Positions 49,146 to 62,436 of a stretch of DNA of 64,000 bases are shown in pieces. This stretch comes from a virus: IMG/VR virus record IMGVR_UViG_3300034105_003151, positions 87,301-151,300 of that record; one strand, given 5' to 3'. The notes under the pieces were generated by a model, which saw nothing but the letters and a program-made list of their open reading frames with translations, had not been told where the DNA came from and did no database searches. Both the position numbers and the translations under genes were made by a program. Position 1 is the stretch's first letter, and every line of letters begins with the position of its first letter.

Positions 49146-52100
49146 CTACCCCGCTTCGCGTGGTAGAATAAAAGAACAAGGAGACAAACAATGACAATTA
49201 ACGAATATATCGAACAACTACAGCAACTAGCAAAACAATACCCGGATGCCGTATTGATTTGTGAATCCAATGATTCATTTCATACTGTTTATAATAGCCC
49301 AACAGAAATGTATTTTGACATACGAAATGGCGAGGCTTATGGTAAGGAAGAAACATGGTGCGATGAGGATGAGGCTTTTCAAGTAGCAATTTGTATTAAC
49401 TTGGAATTATAGGAGTAGAACATGATTGATAAAGAAATTACAGATGATTTTTGTGAAAGCTTTTCAACTAAGGAAAAGTGCGTAGGTGCTTTTGCTATGA
49501 TGGTTCCCTATATGTTACCAATAGGCGTTGATCCCGATGATGAGCGGGTAATTAAGATTGTTTCTTGGTGCGTAGAGAATGGAGAAAACAATGAATAAAG
49601 AAGATAAACAGGATATGATAGCAACTCTTAATGAACAAATGGGCTATATTATGGATCTAGAGAAGTATATGGGAACAATTCCCACTCCGGGCCTTAAAGA
49701 TATTCTAGAGTGTAATAAACTAATGATGGAAATAATTAACCCTCCCTCTTACAAGCTCGTAAAACTATTTGACAAGGATGAAAATGAGAGCAACTAAGTG
49801 GATTCCTATTATTGAGGCTATGCCACCAATCAATCAAATTATTCTTCTTGAATTTGGTGGTAATGAATATTTGGGTCCACCTCACCACACAATAGTTCTT
49901 CCTGCCTATCTAACATACAATCCTATCCTTAATCAGTATGTGTGGATAATTTTTTCATCTGACGCTTTTCTTTTTGGATCACCTTCACCATTTAAACCAC
50001 AAGAATTTGAATCAATTCATATCATTGGTTTATCATCTACTCATATCTGGACAGAACTCCCGTTTAGTTCTTCTGAGAGTCTAAACTGTATTTATTATCA
50101 GGAGAAAGAAAATGAAAGACTTTTTGGAGAAACAATGACTGATAACATCGGAGACGAATTAGCTAATCGACTAAAAGCTTTCAATGACAGACTCATCACT
50201 GGTGAATCATTTGAACGGATCACACGGATAAAGTGTTGTGTGTGCAATGGGTCATGTTATCAGACATTTGGCGATTATCACTGTGGTTATTATCCCATCG
50301 TGCCGTGCCAAGAATGCGGAGGAACCGGATCAACTGAACGCAGAGAGAGGATTGACCCCTCTCGGGTTATTATTAAGGACAATCTATGACCAAGGTAAAT
50401 GAAAAACAAAAACGAGTTATAGCCTATCTAAAGGAACAATTAGATCTTTGGGAACATACCAACGATATCCGTTCTCCTACTCATGGGTGTGAAATCCAGT
50501 CATATTCTTGCAAGCTGGACGATGTTCTATATAATCTAGAGATTGCTGAACTAGAACATATCTCTCTTTGTATGTATCTGTTTTTGCGGGGCTTGACATG
50601 GAGTTGATGGGGTGGTATACTGTCCTTCGGACAGACAAACAAATAAGGAAAAGAAAATGATTATCTCCACAGTCTTTAATTCAGAACCAAAACCACTAAA
50701 GATTCAAACTGAAACACTATATATTTCAAAAACATCAAACGATATTGTTGTAGTAGTATCCATATGTCAGACGGCCCCATGGGTTAATATTGCGAATATT
50801 CGTGGACCACAAACAACAGGATATAATTGGGCACTTAAATTAGCTGATTTTGAAGATCAATATACGGTATTTACTGGTGAAGTTAACTTAAGGAATAAAG
50901 TATGAAAATCGAAACTATTGAAAACGAAAAGAAGCAGTCGGAATGGACGGTGCCTTGTCTTGTTCATAATGATGGCATTATCGTTTTTATTTCAGCCAAA
51001 AGTAGTTGGGCTGGATACGAAGGATTCATAATTAAATCAGAGAATGCAAAAGTAATCGGTGAACAGATTGACTATGTGATGATTGAAAGCGGCTGGACCT
51101 TGTATGATGGTAAAGTAATTCTTAGTAACAACTAACCGGAGGTAAAAATGATCACGTTTAAAGAAAAACCCAGCGAGCCTAAAAAAACAATCACGTTTCA
51201 GTCCTTAAATATCACTGATACTTTTACTTGTTATAATTATGACGAGGATGAAATTTTTATAAAAATTGCAAGTACTGAAACTACTAATGCTGTATCGTTG
51301 ATAACAGGATATCATTATTTTTTTGTGAAAGAGACAGTTCGGCCAGTTGATCTCGTTATTGAATACTCATTTAGGACATGACTAAGGTGTAGCTGTGGAT
51401 TCTTCATTACTTCAAACTTTAGTTCTAGAGAATAGCATTGTTGAAATTCACTATAATGAAAACTTGAACAAGAGTCCTTATCTAATACGAATGTTTAGCT
51501 ATATTGATGGTAAAATTGAATGGAGAACTGACGCATTAGGCGTAAAAATATTAATTCTTTTTATAGGAAGTAAAACTTTATGATACATTATATTGTAGAA
51601 TATCTTAAATGGGATGAAGAACGCAATTGGGCGTATTGGGAAATAGAAGCTTGCTATGACAATCTAGAACAGGCTATTACATATTGTGCAGACAAGCATC
51701 ATGATTATTACAATATCAAGGCTTTTCAAGAAGATAAGCTGATTCAAGAATATGAGCCGAATGGGGAGATTTTTGAGGAATGAAAACTAAACTGAAAAAT
51801 GATAATCAGAGGAAAAGACTTCACTTTCTGGATATTAATCCTAGCGAGACATTCATTGTTGATGATGCTAACGTGAAAAATGAGTTGCGTGGCGTTATTT
51901 TAATGAAATTACTGGATAATACATTTAGTCCTCATAATGCTGTAACATTATGTAAAGGAGAACCACATCTTATACTCACAACGACAAAAGTAATGAAAAT
52001 CGAAGGAGTATTTGAGTGGAACTACATATACGAATGACTCAGAAGGTTATTACTAAATTAGAGGAATAATATGACTAGAGAGCAATTAATACAATCACTA

Positions 52101-53705
52101 GATAATCTATCTGGGGCAATGCCGCCAGACACTAAGATAACATCAATTACTATGGATAATTACTACTGTTTTATACAATTCAGTAACGGAGTACTATCAA
52201 TAATCCCCCGATAAGGAACAATATGCATAACCATTTCTTTGACTGCTATGACGCGACTCTTGATACATTCTCTTTGATTTGTAAGAATCGACGTTTTGAA
52301 GAAAATCACCCTAAGTTTGGTGACGTTGTGCATCTTCGTTTTGGAGATAGTTTTATTATCGGCACAGTCTATAGCTGTGAAAAGATTGACGAACACGCTC
52401 ATCTTGTTAAGCTGATGTATAATTATCCTGAGATTCGTGCTTTTGATGGAGATGCTAAAGAGATTCAGCATAAGGTGCATGAATGAAAAAATTTCTAGTA
52501 ACTTATGACATCCGTATGGATAACAGAGAGCCACACTGGTATGTTTCTCATTATTCTTTCGTAGAAGCGGAAGACCAATCTTCTGTTATAGATAAATTCT
52601 TAGCTGATTTTCCAGTATGTGATTACTTTAACTTGAGTAAGATGATGATTGTTGATCTATTTTATGTATATAAGGTGCCAATATGAGCAAGTGGAACAAG
52701 TGGAAACTAATCCATAAAGAAACCGGGCTTTCTTTTAATCAATATCGCAATACACATCCTGTACGGTCTAAAAATGGATTAGGGCCGTATAGTCTTGCCG
52801 GATCTAAAGTAGAGCCTGTTATGTTGACATCAGGAGCGTTAGCTGTTTATGTAGACAGCGAGTACGAACCGTATATGTTCTTCCTTGACAACAAGGAATG
52901 GCGAGTCATAATGACACCGGCTTCGCCCTTACCAACAGAGCAGGAGAACTAATGTTAGGAAAATATAGCCCAACAGTTAATGCCGCATATGATGCTGGTC
53001 AAAACTGGCATGATATATACTCCGGGACTTCTCGACAGGATATTGAGAATGAATGGTATAATCAATATGATCCAGAAGGCTATGATGAATACGGATATAA
53101 CGAAAAAGGTATTGACCGTGCCGGAAACCATGAATACTCTTATTCTTCTGTGTGTGAGTGCTGTGGACAAGTAAAGGATAACCTGTATTTTTCTGTATTA
53201 TCTGATTGGGGATTTGATGGTGTTAAGCCAGTGCGGAGAGAAAATGACTAATAAAATTCAGTTTTATAAAAGAACTTGGGTATTAAAACAACATGGGGGA
53301 GGATTTGCTGGTATTTATAATACAACAGCGGTTGAAATAGATCCAGTTTCTTTTGATGTTCTAAGTGTAAAAAAAGATGAAAAAACACAAGCATCTACTA
53401 TTCATGTTTGGTCACAGAACGCTATGGATGGATATAATACTTATTTGATTAATGTCCCTAACGGGGTTTATAAAGAAATTAACGAGGAAAAAGATAATGA
53501 AAACACTAATTGAATCACTAGCTATTTTTGAGAAATACATAGATAAAAAATATGAAAAATGTCCTATTGGTTGCTCATTAGGTTTCTTGCACGTTTATGC
53601 TCATCCTAACAATGTTTCAGATGAAGATAAAATTAGACTATATGATCTAGGTTTTTCTACTAATGATGATCACTTTGTTTGTATAGCCGGTATGGAGATT
53701 GAAAA

Positions 53706-54056
53706 TTGAGAAAGATTAAATTCAGAGTTGTATACAAGAATGAAATACAGCATCCTACTTATCCATCTGATTTTGATATAGATACAAATGGGGATCTTAT
53801 TGATGGACATGACTATATAGAAAATGATGACTATTACACCCAACAATATACTGGCATAAATGACATTCACGGTAATGAAATCTACGAGGGAGATTTTGTC
53901 AAGTCTAAGATATTTGTCAGCGATGATGATGAACAGAGTATTACTGGAAAAGTTGTATTCATAAAAGGTGCATTTGGAGTAGAATGTTATGAAAACGAAG
54001 TACCAGTGGAATTTATCTATATCTGTGAATTTGAATACTTGGAGATTATCAAATGA
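53706..54056 (+). CDS. YopX-family protein
   Basis: RKIKFR...QYTGINDIHGNEIYEGD. Confidence 0.85.
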   Translation: MRKIKFRVVYKNEIQHPTYPSDFDIDTNGDLIDGHDYIENDDYYTQQYTGINDIHGNEIYEGDFVKSKIFVSDDDEQSITGKVVFIKGAFGVECYENEVPVEFIYICEFEYLEIIK

Positions 54057-54744
54057 GTGATCTACAAGAAAAAATTAAAGAGGTTCTAGAGCTTAAAGAA
54101 AAATGCTATAACTTGGCACTAAAGTTCTCTAGCTCTATGATGCAATCCGGTGGAACTCTATATAGCGATATCGTATTCTTAAAAAATGGCTTTAGTTTTA
54201 GTTATGGACCAGCAACACACGGAATGAGTACAGGTTTTACCATGCCCTATTCTGTATTAGAAAATCCCGAATCTCTTAATGATATAGTAAAATCAGAGAA
54301 ACAAAGAATAGAAGACTTTAATAAAAAGAATAGATGTGAAACCTGTGGACAGCTAAAACCCTATGCCTGCGATTTCAGACAATACAAAATTCCTATTACT
54401 TATGAAAATATGGAGATAAAATGAACGCATACAAATTATTCAGACTAGTAGCATTAGCAATAGGATTATTCTGTTTGCTGTGGCCCGCCCCAATGTTTTT
54501 ACTACCAAAAGAAATGGGCGAGGTTTATGCGGATTGGTTATTTGGTATGAGCGGTTCAAATGATCCATCAAGATTCGCGGCATTACCATTTGTTTATATG
54601 TTGTCATTTCCTGTTGGAGTAATTATAACTCTAGGAGTAATTGTTGAGATAATCGGTTCTTATCTTAGAAAGTCCGAAAAGACTAAAGAATCCTCTTGAC
54701 AACGCCGATACATACGGTATACTGAAGATAAGGAGGCTAAACAA

Positions 54745-55311
54745 ATGAAAAATCTACTTCATTGTCATACAAAAAATGTTCATTCTTTTCCTCTGTCTTA
54801 TCAGGACGGACTATACAAAAGAATCTTTGTTGCAACAGAAATTCATAATCTTTGGCGATCTTGTGAAATAGCTATTCATCCTCACCATGTTGATCTCAAA
54901 ATAACCGTCCTAGAAGGCGTACTATATAATAGTTTATTTAGAGTTGTGAATGATGAAGCTTATCTCTATGTTGATAGATTCAAAAAATATAAATGGAATA
55001 GCCACATTCTTAATGGTTCTGGTAGCTTTGAATTTATTGGAGAAGAAGATTTACAGTTATTAGACTCTCTTGAATATGAACCTTTTGAATCTTTCACAAT
55101 GAAAGCTTGTGAGTTACATACAGTTCAAGTAGCTCAAAATAAAAAATGTGTCTGGATGGTAGAAGAGTTTAAGCCATCATGTGAATATTCTGGATTCAAT
55201 TATTCTCATCATGATCTTACAGAATGGAAATCAGATGGACTCTATATTGAAGTCGATGATTCTGTAGCAGAAGAATACATTGGTAAATACCGTAAAGTGC
55301 TGAATATTTGA
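54745..55311 (+). CDS. Cupin-like protein
   Basis: IHPHHVD.....LEG...ELHTV; own promoter and AAGGAGG RBS. Confidence 0.5.
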   Translation: MKNLLHCHTKNVHSFPLSYQDGLYKRIFVATEIHNLWRSCEIAIHPHHVDLKITVLEGVLYNSLFRVVNDEAYLYVDRFKKYKWNSHILNGSGSFEFIGEEDLQLLDSLEYEPFESFTMKACELHTVQVAQNKKCVWMVEEFKPSCEYSGFNYSHHDLTEWKSDGLYIEVDDSVAEEYIGKYRKVLNI

Positions 55312-56784
55312 TTTTGGCTTGACAACGCCGACAGGCGTGGTATACTCTAAGAGAAGGAGAAAACGATAACAGAGGAGTGAACGTGCAAATTACAGTTCAT
55401 GGATTCGATGATTGGACTCCTACCCTCGCAGAATGGCAGGATATGCTAGATACTGTTCAGATTGGTGCGAACCAAGATTGTGATGTAACTATTGACGGTG
55501 TAACTAAAACTATGAAGGAGTGGCAGATGAATGGTCTATCCGTTAGGCGTGAGAAGATTCGTAATGTTCCTAGCATTGAGGGGCTTGGACATGACTGACC
55601 CAGTAAAAATTTGCGATATTGATATAACTGGTGATAATCTGGCACCAATCAAGGTATCTGAAAATACCGATGGATCATTTTCTCTAACTTGGGATGAAAA
55701 TCATCCGGGTCTACAGTTTTTAAATGACATGACAGAAACTGAAATTCAAGAATGGTTTACTAAAGCAATTGAGGACGCACTAAAATACTATGAAGATCAT
55801 CCACAAACCTAGATTCAAAACAGGTGCTGTTATCAAGCACTACAGTCAAAAAGATGGTGTTCCCATCCAGTATGTTTGCTCGTCTGAATGTAGCAGAGAT
55901 AACGAGGTAGAGGATATCTTCTATCGGGAAACTCCTCATCCAGAGTTTGGTAATAGATATTTTGGACTAGTAATCTCTTGGTTGGGGGATGATATGTTTA
56001 ATGGTCAGGTTTGTATCAGAAACGCCGACGCTATTGAAAACAAAGTATTTGGTTGTGTCGAGAATGACGAGGGCGATCTTGAATACAGTGAATGTCGATG
56101 GGACTATAAGAAGTTCACCAATGGCAACATGATCGATGGCGGTCGAGCTTATATCAAAAGTACTGGAAAAGTGTACCTTTACAAAGCAAAGGATGGAGTC
56201 CTACAAGAAGTGAAGTAACACTCACCACCGGGTTGATCACCGGGAGGTAACGTCCTTGACCTCTGTCTCCCGTATTTTAGGGTTTCAATGTCAGATAATA
56301 GGGGCGTTTCAATACAAAAAGGAGAAAAAGATGAGTTGGAACTATCGTGTAATAAAGAATAGACCTGATACTTTTATGACAGAAAGATGTATGTATACAA
56401 TCAATGATGTATACTATGACGATAATCAGGATATTGTTAATGTTGGCAGAGAATCGCCAGTGATAGGTGACGATATTGAAGAACTCAAGTGGGTATTGCA
56501 AAAAATGTTACAGGCTTGCGATAAACCCGTTATCGATTACGATACAGGAGAGGAAGTATGACTTTTGAAGAGTGGTTCAAGATCGTAACTAAACAAGACT
56601 TTGATACAATGCTTAAAGAAACTATTGATCTAGTTGCATGGGATCATGGACTAGGTTGCGATGCCAAACATAACCTAAAGGAATGGATTAGGAATATCTA
56701 CAATGTTGGATGGAACGATGGAAGAGGATCTAAAGGAACACGAGATATTCTATCTAGTTTTATATCCGATGTGAAAGGGCAAAC

Positions 56785-57210
56785 ATGAGTCCAGAAAAAG
56801 AACAAGAATTATACGATAAGTATCCAGAACTATTTCAAAATAGACTATTACCGCCGTCTAAAAGCCCAATGTATTTTGGGTGCGAGCATGATGATGGTTG
56901 GTACGATATCCTATCTAGCCTTTGTTTTATGATTAAACAACATGAGAGAAATATAGAGGGACAAATAAAGTATAAGCAGAAAACAGATCCCGAATATAAG
57001 CTAGATTATACTCCTGTCAGATTTACTCAAATAAAGGAGAAGTTTGGTGGACTTAATGTTTATCATCATGGTGGAGACGATTATACTCATGGTCTAATCA
57101 GTATGGCAGAAGCCATGAGCTATCAAATCTGCGAAATATGTGGAGAGAAAGGTAAACCAAATAAGGGTGGCTGGATCAAAACAACTTGTAAACTTCACAT
57201 GAGGGTATGA
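56785..57210 (+). CDS. Conserved phage hypothetical protein
   Basis: GW...QIKEKFGGL...ICEICG..G...WI.T.C..H pattern. Confidence 0.7.
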   Translation: MSPEKEQELYDKYPELFQNRLLPPSKSPMYFGCEHDDGWYDILSSLCFMIKQHERNIEGQIKYKQKTDPEYKLDYTPVRFTQIKEKFGGLNVYHHGGDDYTHGLISMAEAMSYQICEICGEKGKPNKGGWIKTTCKLHMRV

Positions 57211-57787
57211 TAATGGGATATTGTGTTACAGTAGATGGTGATAATTTCTCTATTGTTGAATCAAATATTGACAAGAAGATTTATCGTTATTTAGAGGATC
57301 TTAAAGATGAAGGCTGGTATTTTGTTTATGATTCGGATCAAAATGTCGTGGCAGTAAACTATGAAAGAGAAAAGTGGCATTTTGATGAAATAGATTCTTT
57401 TAAGAATATTGCTTCAATAGTTACCGCAGGGAGTTATATTAATTTTCACGGAGAAGATGGCGATTTGTGGCGTTGGGTTTTTGATGGAGCATCTGTTAAA
57501 GAAATTGAGCCTAAGATTATCTGGGAATAGTCCGGCTCTTGACAGGTCGTGTCGATGTGGTAGAATAACAGAGTTCTAAGAGTTTACCTTTTAAGCAGAA
57601 AGATCATGAATCAAGTAATCCTTAAAGTTAGTGGTGGTATCGTTGAACCTGTTAAAATTCCCCGTGAAATGGAAATTATAATTCGTGATTATGATCTCGC
57701 GGAAACGGGCGATGTTCCAACAGAAATTATTCAAATTGATGAGAATGGAGATAAGTTTGTGGAAATTCTATTTGGAGATTTCGACTC

Positions 57788-58390
57788 ATGATTGACCCCA
57801 AAAATATCACAAAGTATGACCAGACCACTAAGGAACTAGAAGAGTTTATTCTTTTTTGGGTTTGTGCGGCTGGTAAGAATGCTCAAAATGCAGCAAAAGG
57901 TTTGGATAAATTGTTGCGTATTACTGATGCTTCGTCTCCTTTTGAAAAAATTAAAAAACTTTCTGGATCAGAAAATAGTCCTAATCTTCTTGGAGTTTCT
58001 TACTTAGCGTATGTCTTAAAACAATGTGGAATAGGATGCTATAATCAAAAAGCACGCACTTTTTTGGAATTAGCTTATTCCGGCCTAAACCTACACACCT
58101 GTTCTGCACAAGAATTGGAGACTATTACTGGTATTGGTATGAAAACCAGTCGATGTTTTATTCTTCATAGTAGGCGTAATGCTCAGTATGCTGGATTAGA
58201 TGTTCATATTTTGCGATATTTGGGTAATCTAGGCTATGATGTTCCCAAGCAAACTCCAGCTAAAAAGAAGTATCTACAATTAGAAGAGATTTTTCTTAGT
58301 ATTGCTAAAGAAAATGGGTTGTCTCCCGCTGATCTTGATCTTATGATATGGAAAACGTATAGCTCCAAAACAAAAGAAAAAGTAAAATGA
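57788..58390 (+). CDS. HhH-GPD DNA glycosylase (Ogg2/8-oxoG-like)
   Basis: ITGIGMKTSRCF HhH motif, LDVHILRYL, Y..LE..F, DL..W. Confidence 0.8.
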   Translation: MIDPKNITKYDQTTKELEEFILFWVCAAGKNAQNAAKGLDKLLRITDASSPFEKIKKLSGSENSPNLLGVSYLAYVLKQCGIGCYNQKARTFLELAYSGLNLHTCSAQELETITGIGMKTSRCFILHSRRNAQYAGLDVHILRYLGNLGYDVPKQTPAKKKYLQLEEIFLSIAKENGLSPADLDLMIWKTYSSKTKEKVK

Positions 58391-58762
58391 GTAAAGAAAA
58401 TACTCTCAAGATATTGAGTGAATTAGAGACTAGTTTAGCAGAAGATTGGGCTAAACTTTCTCGTAGTACGGAAGAGAATAGTAGACTAGTTAAGATTATC
58501 GGATCAATTCGTTCTAGTTTGGAACGAGCAGTCAAGACTAAAGATTTGTCTAAGATTTTTCCGGCAGTTTGTGATTGTGTTGATTTAATTCGTAAAGAAA
58601 TCCCCTTTCATGATTATTCATCAGGTAAGGTAATGCGTGATCCGCCCTTGACAGAAGCGGAAAAGAGTTTATAATAGGGAGGAAGGAAGGAAAGACAGAA
58701 TGGATTTTGTCTGATATTACTAAGTTAGTTTTGATTTCTAAACTTTAATTAGGAGAATAATT

Positions 58763-58978
58763 ATGAAGAGTGTTGCTCTTTGTGCATTGCTTATGGTTTT
58801 TAGTTCGACAGCTTTTGCAGGAGAATGTTCTAATGGTTCTTGTCAGCTTCGCAGTCGCGTTGTGACAGCCACTAGGGAAGTAGTTAGTGTTCCTGTACAG
58901 GTGACGCGGAAGGTCGTTGAAGTGACTCGTAGTGGAGTTCGCCGTGCTGGTGCTAGGGTTCGTAGCGTAGTTCGTTGA
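58763..58978 (+). CDS. Small secreted Arg/Val-rich protein
   Basis: Sec signal ending in AFA, CSNGSC motif, basic tail; AGGAG RBS. Confidence 0.7.
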   Translation: MKSVALCALLMVFSSTAFAGECSNGSCQLRSRVVTATREVVSVPVQVTRKVVEVTRSGVRRAGARVRSVVR

Positions 58979-61393
58979 TCCCCATGAGGGGCTTTCAAGA
59001 CCACTTTTGTGGCATTCCCGTGGGTAGATACCGGGTTGGGCCTATAATACTGCTCGTCAGTTCCCATCTGCCCACGGGATTTTTATATACTTGAGGAAAT
59101 AATATGAAACATTTGTATGAGAATAGTGAGTGGATAGTATATCAAAGCGATATTAATGTTGACGTAGTAGTGATCTGTCAAAAAAATAATCAGCTTGGTT
59201 CTCTTAACTTTAGTGTTGAAAAGAAACAGCTAGAATCTTTATGGGCAGCAGTACAAATTATTGATTTCAAAGAAAGGCTTGGTTATGACCACCCAGTATA
59301 CGCTAGTAACAAATGACGAAGAGTTTATTCAAGCTGATCCTAATAAGGGAAAAGTGGATATGCCAATAGGATATCCTTGTTTATTTATTGTTGCTTATGG
59401 ACTCGACCTTGATCAAATCAAGAAGGGAGCTATTCCTGTACCGGGATATACATATAGATTCATTTATATTCCTCCCAAAGTTAAAGACTTAGATAGTTTT
59501 GTTGAGGGAGTAAATGCTGTATGTTAATTAAATGTTATGGTGGGCCATGTGACGGTCAGGTTATTGAAATTCCTCAAGAAAATGAGGATTGTAGACTTCC
59601 TAGTAGTATTCCTATGCCCATAAAGGTTGATGACGAATTTAGATTTGTCGATTATGTTTTGACAGTTGAGTATGATAACGGTTGGACAATAATTAAGTAC
59701 AAACACATTTAGAAAGGTTTTTATGATTAAGAAGATTTTTGTTGCTTTGGTGATTGGTTGCGGACTCTTTTCATTTACAGAATGCGATGCTGCTCCTAAA
59801 AAGTTTGCTAATATTTCTAACATCAAGCCCGGCGATGTTATTGCTGTTCAAATGACTCTTATGGGAAAAACTCAGATCGTTCTAGTGTATGTGCAAGAGG
59901 GCTTATTTTCGGACTATATGTACAAGGGACAACTTTATCCTTTTATGCTAAGGGATTTGGATAAGTATACCTGGGCTTTTTATATTAAGAAATAATATGA
60001 CTATTCTAGAGTATTTTCAAAAACACACATCAGTAATTAGTTTACGGTTTTCAGCACCCGAAGAAGTCAGTGATTATGTATGTAATAACTTCATTATAAA
60101 TGATAAGTTATATCTGCTTAATGAAAAAGGTAGGGTTGACTATATCATTCCACTGGATACAATGGTAGAGGAAAACGATGATGGATTCTTGATGAAGAAT
60201 AAATTCTATCCAAGTCCAATCACTGTTAAAACCTTTTTTGGTGGAATTAAATAAATATGGTTGAAGATTCTACCATAGATAGGCTTTGGAACGAGTGGCT
60301 TGACAAGAAGCGACCAGTTGTTACACTAGGGGATGACTTGATAAGCAATAGGGAAAGATACGAAGATGTGCTGGACTTTATGGAATTGGCTTTTCATGCT
60401 GGATTTGAATCTAAAATAAAATATTCTTCAGAAGAACAATTACAGAAATAATATATGTTGATTAGCGAAGTAAAAAGATGGGCTAAGGATAAGGGCTATA
60501 TTGTCACCAAAGAAAAGGGTGAATCAACATCCTATACTTGGTATAAAATAGATGATCCAACTATTAGTGGGATTGCCCCTAGTGTTAGTAAAGTTGCCAC
60601 AGCGGTTTTTAATCACATTACAAATAATAAATGGTTAGAATATCAACAAAACTATAAAGAGGTAAATGATGACAAAGGTAAAGTTAGTTTATCAAACTAT
60701 TGATAAAGAATATGAATTTGTAGGCTATGAAGTCCTAGCCAAATCTGATGGAATTGTTTTTCGTTCTACTGAAAATATTAAATCTATTTTTATAGGCAAT
60801 ACTAGATTTATTTTTAATCAACTCTATTATTGTTCAATGTTCTTATCTAACATGGACGGAAAGTTATTTGCATATTGGACACCAGTTTACAAAGAAGAAT
60901 TTGATATGGATAAAACTTTTAAAGAGTTGATTTATCTAACTAGCGAAACAGCATCAGACAATACAGGATTTTACCAATGAGTAGTAGTGTTATACCAGCA
61001 GAAAAAGCTAAAGAAATTACCGGGCGTTTTCAAGACACCCTAGATGCAGAAATATTATCTCAGATAAATACCAAGATAGAGATAGAAGCTAACAGAGGTA
61101 ATTGGGCCATATCTTTTGGTGACTGTATAACTTCGATTAGTCATTCCGCTAAAGCATATCTTGAAAGTAGAGGATATAAAGTGAAATATATTTCCAGTTC
61201 TGATCCCAGAGAGGATTACTCTTATTATGTTATTTCTTGGGGGGAACAAGCTTGACAGAAGATACAAGTCCAGAATTACAAAAAGCAATACAAAATCTAT
61301 TATGTGACTTATGGCGTAGATATTTTGGTAATGATATCAAGAGTGTTTTTTGTATAACTAAAATAGAAAATGAGGAAGGATTAAAAAAATTAG

Positions 61394-62056
61394 ATGAACA
61401 CAGTTGAATTATTAGGATACTATGGTGACGATAAGACTCATGCTAGTTCTGCTTGGACTAGCACCTCCCGAGATTTATCGCAGGATAAAATTGAGAGAAT
61501 CCCTAAGCTGCTAAAAATGCTTGCTAGCGAGGGTCATCATACTCCTTTTGAGAAGTCCACTCTGCATTTTCTAGTAACAACAGATATCGCCTCTCATATC
61601 CATATTATTAAGCATAGGATTGGGGTTAGTGTGAATGGTGAATCTGCCCGATATAAGGAAATTAAAGAGGATAAGTATTACATTCCAAAGGATTGGGGGA
61701 ACGAATGTCCTCAAGTGATGGATGACACAAGAATTGACCCTTCTAAATCTTGGGCGAAACAACTTGAAGAATATACTGAACTTGGCAATACGTTATATCA
61801 TCAATGCCTTGAAGATTTAACACCAGTTCTTGGTCGCAAGCGAGCAAAAGAATCCGCTCGATTTTTCAAAACTTATAATTCTCAGATAACAGCAGACGTT
61901 AGTTTTAATTGGAGAAGTTTTGCCCACTTCTTATCCTTGCGTAACAAACCTAATGCTCAGTTAGAGATTAGGGAAATCGCCCAACAAATGTTGGATTTAG
62001 TTAAGAATATCGAAGACAATCCTTTTAAGTATACCATTGAAGCATTTGATCTATGA
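61394..62056 (+). CDS. thyX: FAD-dependent thymidylate synthase
   Basis: GHHTPFE, KHRIGVSVNGESARY, NWRSF.HFL.LR....AQLEIR. Confidence 0.93.
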   Translation: MNTVELLGYYGDDKTHASSAWTSTSRDLSQDKIERIPKLLKMLASEGHHTPFEKSTLHFLVTTDIASHIHIIKHRIGVSVNGESARYKEIKEDKYYIPKDWGNECPQVMDDTRIDPSKSWAKQLEEYTELGNTLYHQCLEDLTPVLGRKRAKESARFFKTYNSQITADVSFNWRSFAHFLSLRNKPNAQLEIREIAQQMLDLVKNIEDNPFKYTIEAFDL

Positions 62057-62436
62057 AGCGAGAGGAGCTAGAATGGAAGTCGATCTAGAAGAATTTCGCC
62101 AATCAATTATCGACTCATATATTAGCTACACTAGCGTTATGTGTAATTTTGATATTAGTTGGTGTGAAGATGGAATCAGACGAGCAAAAGAAGCCAAAAC
62201 AATACAAGAATTAGAAAAAATTGACGAAGTTATTGAAAAGGCATGGGACAACATTGAATAAAAAAATAGAAGAAATAATTAAATTGTGTCAAGAAAAAAT
62301 TGAAGATCAGAAGGATAGAGAAAAAGGAACCGTCTATGGTATTGATGATTATAATGATGGACGCATAGTAGGAGCAGCAGCACTTGCTAGAAAAGTTTTA
62401 TCGTTATTAAAAGTTAACTTTCACTAGGAGTAAGTT

